A DNA stretch of 32,000 nucleotides, taken from contig NZ_CP060715.1 of assembly GCF_014396165.1 (NCBI RefSeq), positions 90,001 to 122,000 of the forward strand, given 5' to 3'. Each line of letters starts with the position of its first letter. Position 1 is the stretch's first letter. Position numbers and translations under genes: made by a program. Below the pieces are notes generated by a model. The model did no database searches and had not been told where the DNA came from. It worked only from the letters and a program-made list of their open reading frames with translations. This document shows positions 1 through 8,536 of the stretch, in pieces. The stretch comes from Erysipelothrix inopinata. GTDB taxonomy: Bacteria; Bacillota_I; Bacilli_A; Erysipelotrichales; Erysipelotrichaceae.

Positions 1-432
1 ATAAGTTCCGATGAGGTTTTGCGTGGATGGATAAACAAGTATAATAGACTTGAAACCATAAAGGATTACGATCCTAAAGGAGAAGTCTATATGACAAAAG
101 GTAGAAAAACAACGATTGAAGAACGTCAAGAAATTGTCGCACATTGTATTGAACATGACTACGATTATAAGGGAACAGCCGAACTCTACGGGCTTTCCTA
201 TGCTCAAGTTTACCAGTGGGTTCAAAAATATAACGAGATAGGATATGAAGGGCTTCTTGATAAACGTGGCAAACGAAAACAAGAAGATCAACTCAGTAAT
301 GAAGAACGTTTAGAACGTAAAATCAAACAACTCGAAAGAGAACTTGAACTGAAAGAACGTGAGAATATTCTATTAAAAAAAGTGAAGGAAATAGAAGGGC
401 GGCGATATTCTCCAAAGCAAAACAAGAAGTAA
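1..432 (+). CDS. IS3-family transposase OrfA (HTH + leucine-zipper part), 5'-truncated by the window
   Basis: Frame 1 is open from base 1 (ISSDEVLRGWINKYN...), so the true start is left of the window. It contains an HTH-like segment GLSYAQVYQWVQKYNEIGYEGLLDKRGKRK followed by the coiled coil LERKIKQLERELELKERENILLKK, the usual IS3 OrfA layout. Stop at 430-432. Confidence 0.85.
   Translation: MSSDEVLRGWINKYNRLETIKDYDPKGEVYMTKGRKTTIEERQEIVAHCIEHDYDYKGTAELYGLSYAQVYQWVQKYNEIGYEGLLDKRGKRKQEDQLSNEERLERKIKQLERELELKERENILLKKVKEIEGRRYSPKQNKK
375..381 (+). other. Programmed -1 ribosomal frameshift site (A AAA AAA heptamer) joining OrfA to OrfB
   Basis: The A7 run sits in OrfA phase as tta-AAA-AAA-gtg. 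The -1 frame (frame 3) opens at 363 and reads KKSEGNRRAAIFSKAKQEVKYLAVQELHHKHGWSIQWMCKVLKIARSSYYKW straight into the OrfB ORF. This is the established IS3/IS150 mechanism. Confidence 0.7.
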
Positions 433-485
433 AGTATCTCGCAGTCCAAGAACTTCATCATAAACATGGTTGGAGTATTCAATGG

Positions 486-1391
486 ATGTGTAAAGTACTT
501 AAAATCGCAAGAAGTAGTTATTATAAATGGACGCACCGTGTTGAAACAAGCAATGAAATTGAGAATCATGAGCTTTGTAATCTCATTCTTGATTATGATG
601 AAATGTTTGGACATATCTTAGGCTATCGACGAATGACAGATTGGATTAATGAGTTTAATAGAGTTCAGTACAATCCAAAGAGAATTCGAAGACTCATGAA
701 GAAGCTGGGTGTGAAATCAGTGATTCGGCAAAAGTCTAAAAAGTATTCACGAAGCACTCCTGAAATCACAGCTGAAAATATTTTAAATCGTAACTTCTTT
801 GCCTCTAAACCAAATGAAAAATGGTTGACAGATGTCACAGAATTTAAGATTAAAGGTTCAGGTAAGAAGCTGTATCTCAGTGCGATTATTGATCTTTATG
901 ATTTGAGTATTGTGGCGTACCACATAAGTGATCGTAACAATAATCAACTTGTGTTTGATACTTATCATAAAGCTATCACGAGATATCCAGAGGCAAAACC
1001 TTTATTTCACAGTGACCGAGGATTCCAATATACAAGTAGGGTATTTAGAAAACAGCTAGAAGATCAAGGAATGATACAAAGTATGTCTAGAGTGGGACAC
1101 TGTATTGATAATGGTCCTATGGAAGGATTCTGGGGAACTATCAAATCAGAAATGTACTATCCTAATGAATTCAATACTAAAAGCGAGTTAAAGAAAGCAA
1201 TTGATGTGTATATTGATTTTTATAACAACAAGAGACTTCAAAAACGATTTAAAAACAAAACACCAATGATGGTTCGAACTGAAGCATTAGGATCAGAGAC
1301 ACCTATAAGTTATTCAATTCCAACCAACAAGAAAATTGAAGCTTATTGGTCAAACATTAGAGAAAAGCAAATGCAGGCGACTGTAGCATAA
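486..1391 (+). CDS. IS3-family transposase OrfB (DDE integrase core), normally made as an OrfAB fusion
   Basis: DDE triad contexts are present: WLTDVTEF, HSDRGFQYTS and DNGPMEGFWGTIKSE. The frame is open from 363 and overlaps OrfA in the -1 phase. Confidence 0.9.
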   Translation: MCKVLKIARSSYYKWTHRVETSNEIENHELCNLILDYDEMFGHILGYRRMTDWINEFNRVQYNPKRIRRLMKKLGVKSVIRQKSKKYSRSTPEITAENILNRNFFASKPNEKWLTDVTEFKIKGSGKKLYLSAIIDLYDLSIVAYHISDRNNNQLVFDTYHKAITRYPEAKPLFHSDRGFQYTSRVFRKQLEDQGMIQSMSRVGHCIDNGPMEGFWGTIKSEMYYPNEFNTKSELKKAIDVYIDFYNNKRLQKRFKNKTPMMVRTEALGSETPISYSIPTNKKIEAYWSNIREKQMQATVA

Positions 1392-1613
1392 GAAAAGATG
1401 ATTCATCGTAAAGCGATAAATCATCTTGGGTATTTTATTTATTTCACCTGTCTACTTGACAGGGAGCAGTTCAAAAATTGAGTGCCTTTTAGTTTGAGTC
1501 TTGCTTAAAAACGTTACTCTAGAAGACAAAATGTTGATTGTAAAATAATTAAATAAGATGGCTTGAAAAAAATAGTCAAAGTAATAAAATGAAATTATCA
1601 GAAGGTGATGTGT

Positions 1614-2228
1614 ATGGATAAATTTGAAACACTCTCTAAAGAGAAGCAAAATAGAATTATTAATGCTGGGTTACACCAGTTTTCAAAATATGGGTATCAG
1701 AAGGCAAATACAGAAGATATTGCCTACGAAGCACACATAGCGAAAGGACTCCTCTTTTACTATTTTAAAAATAAAGAAGCATTCTATCTCTATCTTTGCG
1801 ATTTCTGTGAATCTTATTTTATGGAAGAATTCAGTAAAGGCATTGATACTACGATAACTGATTTCTTTGATTTCATCGAAGCTACAATTATATCCAAAGT
1901 TGATATTATCAAAACTTATCCTTATATGTTCGATTTCTGTATGATGCTGACATTGGCTCGACAAAAAGATAATCAAAAGGCTAACGATTTTCTTGTATCT
2001 CTCATGAGTCAATCTTATGAAGAATCATTTCGGCATATTGATTTTTCAAAATTCAAGGAAGATGTCGAACCGATGGAGATACTACAAATGATTTTATGGC
2101 TATCCGAAGGTTACTTACTTGATAAACAACGGCTCGACCAACCTATCACACTAGAAGAACTTTTGATTAACGCTCAAAAGTGGCAAGCAATGTTTAAAAG
2201 CGTCAGTTATAAGGAGGAATTTCTATGA
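1614..2228 (+). CDS. TetR/AcrR-family transcriptional regulator
   Basis: N-terminal TetR HTH (IINAGLHQFSKYGYQKANTEDIAYEAHIAKGLLFYYFKNKEAFY). Start moved to the ATG at 1614, 8 nt after GAAGG (1601-1605). The stop overlaps the next start (ATGA at 2225-2228). Confidence 0.85.
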   Translation: MDKFETLSKEKQNRIINAGLHQFSKYGYQKANTEDIAYEAHIAKGLLFYYFKNKEAFYLYLCDFCESYFMEEFSKGIDTTITDFFDFIEATIISKVDIIKTYPYMFDFCMMLTLARQKDNQKANDFLVSLMSQSYEESFRHIDFSKFKEDVEPMEILQMILWLSEGYLLDKQRLDQPITLEELLINAQKWQAMFKSVSYKEEFL

Positions 2229-3109
2229 ACCCCATTAAAGTAAATGCTCTAACAAAAGATTTTGGAAGTAACCGCGGAATTTTTAATTTGAATTTTGAAA
2301 TAAAAGCTGGAGAAGTCGTGGGTTTTATTGGTGCGAATGGCGCTGGAAAAACGACCACAATACGACATCTTATGGGATTCATGAAACCAGATTATGGTGT
2401 TGCTGAAGTACTGGGTTTTCACTGCTTTGAGCAAGCACCACAGATTCAAGAACATATTGGTTATCTACCGGGTGAAATCTCTTTATTTGATGATTTATCT
2501 GCACAAGAGTTTATTTATTACATTGCAGAATTAAAGGGAATCAAAAATACCCAAGAAGCTGATAACCTCATGAAGTACTTTGAACTCAGCAGTACCACTA
2601 AGATAAAGAAAATGTCTAAAGGTATGAAACAGAAGACAGCACTGGTTGTTGCTTTTATGCAACACGCTCCAATTTTAATTCTTGACGAACCAACGAGTGG
2701 GCTTGATCCCTTAATGCAACAAAAATTTATCGAGTTAATTAAAAAAGAAAAAGCATCCGGAACAACAATCTTAATGTCTTCTCATATTTTCGACGAAATT
2801 GAGCATACCTGTGATCGTGTTCTTTTGATTAAGGATGGGGAAATCAAAGTAGATGAATCCATGACAGATATTAAGAAGAAACGGAACAAACATTACGAAA
2901 TTGAGTTTACGAGTGAGTCCGACGCTGAAGAATTTAAGTCTTTTTATCCAAATAGTGTTACTCATAAAGCAAACTTAACACTTATTGATAAGAGTGATAT
3001 CACAGAGCTTTTGAATATATTACACCAATTTCCTATTGTTGACTTTAATTCTAGAGATCAAAGTTTGGAAGAAGTCTTTCTTAGTTATTATGGAGGAAAT
3101 GAATCATGA
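2225..3109 (+). CDS. ABC transporter ATP-binding protein (ABC-2 exporter type)
   Basis: Walker A GANGAGKTT, signature-like MSKGMKQK, Walker B ILILDEPTSGLD, H-loop SSHIF. ATGA overlap with the permease at 3106-3109. Confidence 0.9.
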   Translation: MNPIKVNALTKDFGSNRGIFNLNFEIKAGEVVGFIGANGAGKTTTIRHLMGFMKPDYGVAEVLGFHCFEQAPQIQEHIGYLPGEISLFDDLSAQEFIYYIAELKGIKNTQEADNLMKYFELSSTTKIKKMSKGMKQKTALVVAFMQHAPILILDEPTSGLDPLMQQKFIELIKKEKASGTTILMSSHIFDEIEHTCDRVLLIKDGEIKVDESMTDIKKKRNKHYEIEFTSESDAEEFKSFYPNSVTHKANLTLIDKSDITELLNILHQFPIVDFNSRDQSLEEVFLSYYGGNES

Positions 3110-3903
3110 ATCTATCACTATTTAAACACGAGATAAAATCAAATAGTAAACTGCTCGCACTCTTTCTAGCAATCATTACCCTATATGGAAGCATCATAAC
3201 ACTAATGTATGACCCCAAGCTTGGAGAAAGTATGAATCGTCTTGCTCAATCCATGCCTGAACTATTTGCTGCCTTTGGGATGAAAGATCCTGGCTCAACC
3301 ATGATTAGTTTTTTAGCGAACTATCTCTACGGTTTTATTTTAATTCTCATTCCATTTATATTCTCACTTATCTTAGCTTATAAACTTATTGGTAAATATT
3401 TATCTAATGGATCATTTGCGTATTTACTTAATAGTAATGTTTCAAGAACAGAAATATTTTTTACACAATTGCTCACTGCATTTCTAAATATATTAGTTTT
3501 GCTTTTATATACAGTTGGACTCGTCGTACTTATCAGTGAATTAAAATTTCCAGGTGATTTGGATATTGGTAAATTTATGATATTAAACGGTTGCTTATTG
3601 ATACTACAATGTTTCTTTTTATCCGTCTGTTTCTTTTGCGCAATTTCATGGGATGATACGAAATATTCAATGGGAATTGCAAGCATTGTCGGATTTGGCT
3701 CAATCCTTATTCAGATGTTATCTCAAGTCAACAGTAACACTGAGTTTTTGGAATACTTTACACCTCTAACGCTATTCAAACCCTTTGATATAATTAGTGG
3801 GCAATCTCAAAGTTACTTAATGGTAGGCATACTAAGTTTCATCACAATTATGATACTTATTATCTCTGTAGTACGATTCAAACGTCGAAACTTATTCTTA
3901 TAA
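3106..3903 (+). CDS. ABC-2 type transporter permease
   Basis: Polytopic hydrophobic protein with about 6 TM segments, translationally coupled to the preceding ATPase. Confidence 0.75.
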   Translation: MNLSLFKHEIKSNSKLLALFLAIITLYGSIITLMYDPKLGESMNRLAQSMPELFAAFGMKDPGSTMISFLANYLYGFILILIPFIFSLILAYKLIGKYLSNGSFAYLLNSNVSRTEIFFTQLLTAFLNILVLLLYTVGLVVLISELKFPGDLDIGKFMILNGCLLILQCFFLSVCFFCAISWDDTKYSMGIASIVGFGSILIQMLSQVNSNTEFLEYFTPLTLFKPFDIISGQSQSYLMVGILSFITIMILIISVVRFKRRNLFL

Positions 3904-3904
3904 G

Positions 3905-3950
3905 AAAAAGGGATTCAACGTGAAGCATTGCTTCATCTTGAATCCTTTTA
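3905..3950. terminator. Bidirectional rho-independent terminator
   Basis: Long hairpin GGATTCAA-cg-TGAAGCA-t-TGCTTCA-tc-TTGAATCC (3911-3945), flanked by an A-run on the left and TTTT on the right. It serves the ABC operon (+) and the small ORF (-). Confidence 0.8.
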
Positions 3951-3971
3951 TATTATTGATGTAATTTGAGC

Positions 3972-4133
3972 TTAGTCTGCCTTCTCTAAAAATGGTTTGA
4001 CTTCTTTTATATATTCTTCTAGAATTTTATTTTGCTTTTTTGTTTCTACTAAAAGCAATTCAATTTTCTTAACAATTCTGTCACCAACCATCGCAATAAC
4101 AAGAATCGTTCCAACAAAAGTTGCAAATTCCAT
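3972..4133 (-). CDS. Small membrane protein, 53 aa (below the ORF-track cutoff)
   Basis: Hand translation: MEFATFVGTILVIAMVGDRIVKKIELLLVETKKQNKILEEYIKEVKPFLEKAD. AAGGAG sits 7 nt upstream of the ATG at 4133. One N-terminal hydrophobic helix plus a charged helical tail. The terminator at 3905-3950 follows directly. Confidence 0.5.
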   Translation of the reverse strand: MEFATFVGTILVIAMVGDRIVKKIELLLVETKKQNKILEEYIKEVKPFLEKAD

Positions 4134-4262
4134 AGTTTTTCTCCTTCCTACTTTATGAAAATACGATAAATCTATCCTTAGTTTTATTATATATTAGCTA
4201 AAGTGGAAAGTAGTGAATTATATATGAAATCAAACAGGCTCAATTTATAGTGATAGTATCTA

Positions 4263-5048
4263 TTACATTGACATATATTCAATGAGATAACGGTATACAC
4301 CATTATCTGTATTAGCATAGGTCACATGTTTCGCTACAGCTTTAACACTTTCAGTAGCATTGTCCATTGCGATACCTACACCAACTCCAGCTACCATTTC
4401 AATATCGTTATCGGCATCTCCAAATGCCATTACATCTTTAATATCAATATCATGAGTTTCACAGAACCATTCAATTCCTGTAAGCTTGTTGACGCGAGGA
4501 TCCATAAACTCAATTAAGTCAGCTTGTGACATGAATGCTTTATAGGTCTCTTTTGGATGTTCTGCATCATATTCTGCTATTTTCTTGAGAACTTCTGGGG
4601 ACCCTCTGAAAATAATTTTCGCATGATGATCTTTTATAAGTGGTTTGATATCTCCCACCTCCACATCAACATATTTAGCCATCATCTTGCTGTATTCATC
4701 TTCAAAATCAATATGAAGAATATCATCAAATCCCAATATTGCATTACCACCTAAGGCACGACCAAAATCTAGGATTTCTGAAACATCAGATCCAGAGAGT
4801 GGATACTGTTCATGTACCTCACCACTGATAAAATCATGGATGTCTCCTCCATTGTTACAAATTGCGAAGTCAACTTGATCTTGAATACGATCAAATGCGG
4901 ATTCAGCCGAGAAAAATGGTCTTCCTGTTGCAATACCAAAGTAATAACCTTTATCACGAATTAATCGAATCAACATTTCCATCTCAGGGGTTAGTTGACG
5001 ATTTTCGTTTAGAAGTGTTCCATCTAGGTCAGTGACAAAAACTTTCAT
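4263..5048 (-). CDS. Cof-type HAD-IIB sugar phosphatase
   Basis: HAD motif I at the N-terminus (MKVFVTDLDGTLL) and motif IV GDADNDIEM. Start set at the ATG at 5048 (AAAGGAA RBS), because the longer ORF-track version runs through a terminator-like hairpin. Confidence 0.85.
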   Translation of the reverse strand: MKVFVTDLDGTLLNENRQLTPEMEMLIRLIRDKGYYFGIATGRPFFSAESAFDRIQDQVDFAICNNGGDIHDFISGEVHEQYPLSGSDVSEILDFGRALGGNAILGFDDILHIDFEDEYSKMMAKYVDVEVGDIKPLIKDHHAKIIFRGSPEVLKKIAEYDAEHPKETYKAFMSQADLIEFMDPRVNKLTGIEWFCETHDIDIKDVMAFGDADNDIEMVAGVGVGIAMDNATESVKAVAKHVTYANTDNGVYRYLIEYMSM

Positions 5049-5060
5049 AAATTTCCTTTC

Positions 5061-5093
5061 TATGAAAATAGCGGAGGGTTTCCCTTCCGCTAT
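5061..5093 (-). terminator. Terminator/attenuator hairpin between the GH4 gene and the HAD gene
   Basis: Minus strand TAGCGGAAGGG-aaa-CCCTCCGCTA with a one-base bulge, followed by TTTT. Located 9 nt after the GH4 stop. Confidence 0.5.
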
Positions 5094-5101
5094 ATTTTTC
5101 A

Positions 5102-6487
5102 TTAGTCAGCGATGTATTTAACGCCTTGTGCTTCTAATTTTTCAATTGTTTCTTTAAATTGTGGTAAGTGATCTTTGTGAGCCACTAACATTTCATTTAA
5201 GAGGTCAATTGTATAGTTTCCGCTTTGGATTAATGGATTAATTGTAAATGCTTGAACTGCTTTACCATAGTCTCCAGTAACAGCCGCTTCAATAACTGTT
5301 TCTTCCATAGCTTTCATTAATTGTAATTGTCCACGTGCTGCTGGTGGGAATGTTCCCCAGTTAAATGGTTCAGCACCATGGGATGTAATAACTGATGTAA
5401 CTTCAACGATGCAATCGTATGGTAAGTCAACTACAGTACCATTGTTTTGTGTACTTACAGTCATAACAGTACGTGAGTCGTTATGAATGGATGCAATGAT
5501 TTCACATGCAGCATCTGAGTAGTGTGCACCACCACGTTTTGTAAGTTGTTCTGGTTTGTAGTTCAATTCAGGATCTTTATAAAGTTCAAAGAGTTCTGCT
5601 TCAGTTGCTTTAACTGTTTCTGCACGTGTCTTGTGATCTTTAAAGTTTTGTAAGTTTTCGTCCAACATTTCACGTTCAATATAGTAGTAACGGTGGTATG
5701 GACATGGTAGCATACCTAAATCCTTAACTTGCTCGTATGTATAGTTGATAGCTGCAATATTTGCAACTTCAGCTTTTTTACTCTTAGCATATTCGCTTTC
5801 TGGGTTGTAGAATGCTTCAATCAATTGATCAGTAACTTCGCTTCCATCACGATCCCATACTCGGTGCCAGTGGAAGTGGTTTAAACCTGCAAATTTTTCG
5901 AATAAGATTTGATCATTTTCATCATATCCCATTGCTTCGTGGTTTGCTTTTGTTGCTCCAACAGGAATATTACATAATCCAATTGTACGTTTCCATCCAC
6001 CAACTTTAATAGCAGCTTCAGTAACCATACCTGCAGGGTTTGTAAAGTCGATTAACCATGCATTAGGGCAAAGTTCTTCCATATCTTTAATAATATCTAA
6101 GATAACTGGAATTGTACGGAATGCTTTGAAGATTCCACCTGCTCCATTTGTTTCTTGTCCCAATAAACCATATTTACCAGGGATTCTTTCATCTTTTACA
6201 CGTGCGCTTAATTGTCCAACACGAAATTGTGTAGTAACAAAGTCTGCATCTTTAAGTGCTTCGCGACGATCTAGTGTTAAAAATACTTTAGTATCAAGTC
6301 CTGATGCTTCGATCATACGTTGTGCCATTGCACCAACGATTTCTAATTTTTCGCGACCTTCTTCAACGTCAACTAACCATAGTTCTTTAATATCGAGACG
6401 ATCAGCACGATTAATAAAACCTTCCATTAATTCAGGTGTATAGGAACTTCCTCCACCAATTGTTACAATTTTTAATCTTTTGTTCAT
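5102..6487 (-). CDS. GH4 6-phospho-beta-glucosidase (ChbF/CelF/LicH-like)
   Basis: N-terminus KIVTIGGGSSYTPELMEGFI. Strong resemblance along the length to E. coli ChbF as I recall it (DRREALKDADFVTTQFRVGQL, GQETNGAGG, NPAGMVTEA, GLCNIPVG, GLNHFHW, RGGAHYSDAACE). Confidence 0.9.
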   Translation of the reverse strand: MNKRLKIVTIGGGSSYTPELMEGFINRADRLDIKELWLVDVEEGREKLEIVGAMAQRMIEASGLDTKVFLTLDRREALKDADFVTTQFRVGQLSARVKDERIPGKYGLLGQETNGAGGIFKAFRTIPVILDIIKDMEELCPNAWLIDFTNPAGMVTEAAIKVGGWKRTIGLCNIPVGATKANHEAMGYDENDQILFEKFAGLNHFHWHRVWDRDGSEVTDQLIEAFYNPESEYAKSKKAEVANIAAINYTYEQVKDLGMLPCPYHRYYYIEREMLDENLQNFKDHKTRAETVKATEAELFELYKDPELNYKPEQLTKRGGAHYSDAACEIIASIHNDSRTVMTVSTQNNGTVVDLPYDCIVEVTSVITSHGAEPFNWGTFPPAARGQLQLMKAMEETVIEAAVTGDYGKAVQAFTINPLIQSGNYTIDLLNEMLVAHKDHLPQFKETIEKLEAQGVKYIAD

Positions 6488-6670
6488 TAAAAATCCTCCT
6501 TGATACTTTTATTGTACCTACAAATTTTTAAATGTATAGTTATCCAATCTATTTAGTTCATTAATTTCATATTTTCTTTGAAATATCGTTACATTATGAA
6601 ATTAATTACCGTATCTAACCTATCCCCATGTTTATCCATTCATGATATGATTACACAAGGAGGCAATGAT

Positions 6671-7633
6671 ATGACTAAAATACTATTAGGTACTTATACA
6701 AAAAAAGAGAGTAAGGGAATCTATTCCATCGAATTGGATGAAACAACGCAAACTCTTCGAGATTTAAAATTAGTAACAGCCACACAAAATCCGACATATT
6801 TAGATTTTGATCCAAAAACTTCAACACTCTATAGTGTCTACCAAGAAGGAAAAAATGCTGGAATTGCCGCTTGGAATTTTAATGGGGATACAGCAGAATT
6901 ATTGTATACACAAACTCAAGAAGGTGTTCCACCTTGCTATGTCCGTTATCATGAAGCAGAGGCATCAATTTATGATGCAAATTATCATGGCGGATTCGTA
7001 CGTGTAACTCAAGACCAAGAACTTCACAAAATTATTCAATACCAAGAGGGTTCACACGCTCACTACGTTGACTATGATCCTAATGATGACTGTGTTTATG
7101 TTTGTGATTTGGGACTCAACACCATCCGTAAATACGAGCTAATGAATGAAATTGCTACTTTCAAAACTGAAGAAGGTATGGGTCCACGCCATATTGCGTT
7201 CCATCCAACTAAAAAGTTGCTCTATGCATTCGGAGAACACAACAACCAAATTATTACACTTGTTGATGAAGGCTTTGAACTCAAACAAATCCAATCCATC
7301 TCAACACTTCCAGATCCAGCTATCGAATCAGCGGGAGCTGCTATACGCATTAGTAAAGATGGACGCTTCGTATATGCTTCAAACAGAGGCCATGATTCAA
7401 TTGCTATCTTAAAAGTACTCGAAGATGATACACTTGAAAAAATTGATACCATTTCTACATATGGTGAACACCCACGTGACTTTGCAATCAGTCCCGATCA
7501 AAAATATCTCGTAGTTGCAAACCGCGATACCGATAACCTCACGCTCTATCTTCGTGATGAAGATACAGGACGCTTAACACTCTTACAAAAAGATGTTTAT
7601 GCACCTGAAGCAGTTGCAGTTTATTTCATCTAG
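6671..7633 (+). CDS. Lactonase, 7-bladed beta-propeller family (6-phosphogluconolactonase Pgl/YbhE-like)
   Basis: Start at the ATG at 6671, 8 nt after AAGGAGG (6656-6662). LLGTYT N-terminus and repeated blade motifs (GPRHIAFHP, HPRDFAISPD, YASNRGHDSI, VVANRDTDNL). Confidence 0.8.
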   Translation: MTKILLGTYTKKESKGIYSIELDETTQTLRDLKLVTATQNPTYLDFDPKTSTLYSVYQEGKNAGIAAWNFNGDTAELLYTQTQEGVPPCYVRYHEAEASIYDANYHGGFVRVTQDQELHKIIQYQEGSHAHYVDYDPNDDCVYVCDLGLNTIRKYELMNEIATFKTEEGMGPRHIAFHPTKKLLYAFGEHNNQIITLVDEGFELKQIQSISTLPDPAIESAGAAIRISKDGRFVYASNRGHDSIAILKVLEDDTLEKIDTISTYGEHPRDFAISPDQKYLVVANRDTDNLTLYLRDEDTGRLTLLQKDVYAPEAVAVYFI

Positions 7634-7656
7634 AATCTCTTCGGAGATTCTTTTTC
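7632..7656 (+). terminator. Rho-independent terminator
   Basis: AGAATCTC-ttcg-GAGATTCT followed by TTTT. Starts at the stop codon of the lactonase gene. Confidence 0.85.
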
Positions 7657-7690
7657 ATATGCTATAATTATTTTAAAAAAGAGGTTTCAT

Positions 7691-8520
7691 ATGAATTATC
7701 AAAACACACTCCTAAAAACCTATCGTAAAGATATTTGGTCGAAGTACTTAAAAGCCATCACTGATTATGATTTAATTCAACCAAATGATGCAATCGCAGT
7801 TTGTATTTCTGGGGAAAAGACAGTATGTTGTTGGCACTATGTTTCAAAACTTTAGTTCAATTCTCAGATGTTCCTTTTACCGTAAAATATCTTGTTATGG
7901 ATCCGGGTTATTCACCCGAAAACAGACAAAAAATTATTGATAATGCGAAAGAGTTAGAAATAGATGTCGAAATCTTTGATTCTTCAATTTTCGAAATTGT
8001 AGACAACATTGAAAAAAGTCCTTGTTATCTCTGTGCTCGAATGCGTCGTGGCTATTTGTATGAATTCGCAAGTTCACTTGGCTGTAATAAGATTGCTTTG
8101 GGTCATCATTATGATGATGCCATCGAAACAACTCTCATGAACCTATTTTATGGCGGACAGGTTGGAACCATGCTTCCAAGACTTACTTCTACAAGCCATC
8201 CTGATATGGAAATTATTCGCCCCCTCTATTATGTGCGTGAAGATAATATCATACGCTGGGTAAACTATACGGGACTTACTTTCTTAAAATGTGCTTGTAA
8301 ATTTACAGAACAGTCTGAAATTAACCCTCATGAATCAAGCAGTAAGCGAAAAGAAATTAAACAATTCATTAAAGACTACAAACAAATTAATCCCTTTATT
8401 GAAGCAAATATATTCCATTCAATGGAACGTGTCAATTTAAATAAAGTAATCTCTTACTACGATGATGATCAAACAGTTGACTTCTTGGATCGTTTTAAGG
8501 ACAAAGAAAAGACCGAATAA
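7691..8520 (+). pseudogene. ttcA: TtcA-like tRNA-thiolation PP-loop ATPase, interrupted by a 1-nt frameshift in the PP-loop
   Basis: ATG 7691 (AAGAGG RBS) reads ...NDAIAVCISGEKTVCC and stops at 7853-7855. The adjacent frame from 7801 reads GKDSMLLALCFK...CYLCARMRRGYLY...GHHYDDAIETTLMNLFYGG. One extra G in GGGG (7811-7814) would restore AVCISGGKDSMLL, the canonical SGGKDS motif. The total of 830 nt equals 3n-1. Confidence 0.65.
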
Positions 8521-8536
8521 CTTCGGTCTTTGTTTT
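8509..8536. terminator. Bidirectional rho-independent terminator
   Basis: AAGACCGAA-taac-TTCGGTCTT (8509-8530) followed by TGTTTT. The ttcA stop codon lies in the loop, and the A-run on the other side serves the minus-strand small ORF. Confidence 0.8.

Larger units (their letters stand above)
1..1473 (+). mobile_element. IS3-family (IS150-group-like) insertion sequence, 5' part cut by the window edge
   Basis: Two overlapping transposase frames (OrfA in frame 1, OrfB in frame 3 = -1) with an A7 slippery run in the overlap. After the OrfB stop there is a hairpin (1396-1426), then a sequence ending ...GACAGGGAGCAGTTCA at 1473. Its reverse complement TGAACTGCTCCCTGTC... has the TG start typical of IS3 terminal inverted repeats. 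The right boundary is inferred; the left IR lies outside the window, so pairing cannot confirm it. Confidence 0.75.

Noticed and set aside
5049-5102. N-terminal extension of the HAD phosphatase ORF (MKNIAEGKPSAIFIERKF...); similar extensions occur at 6578-6670 (lactonase), 17644-17712 (AraC), 11492-11515 (permease), 14208-14216 and 25692-25703
   Set aside because: In each case an internal ATG has a proper AGGAGG-like RBS at 5-9 nt and gives the family-typical N-terminus. The extensions run through terminator hairpins or promoter regions.
6579-6593. cre-like sequence TGAAATATCGTTACA in the GH4/lactonase divergent region
   Set aside because: The central CG is displaced by one position relative to TGWAANCGNTNWCA, so the half-sites are out of register. 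It is not a credible CcpA site.
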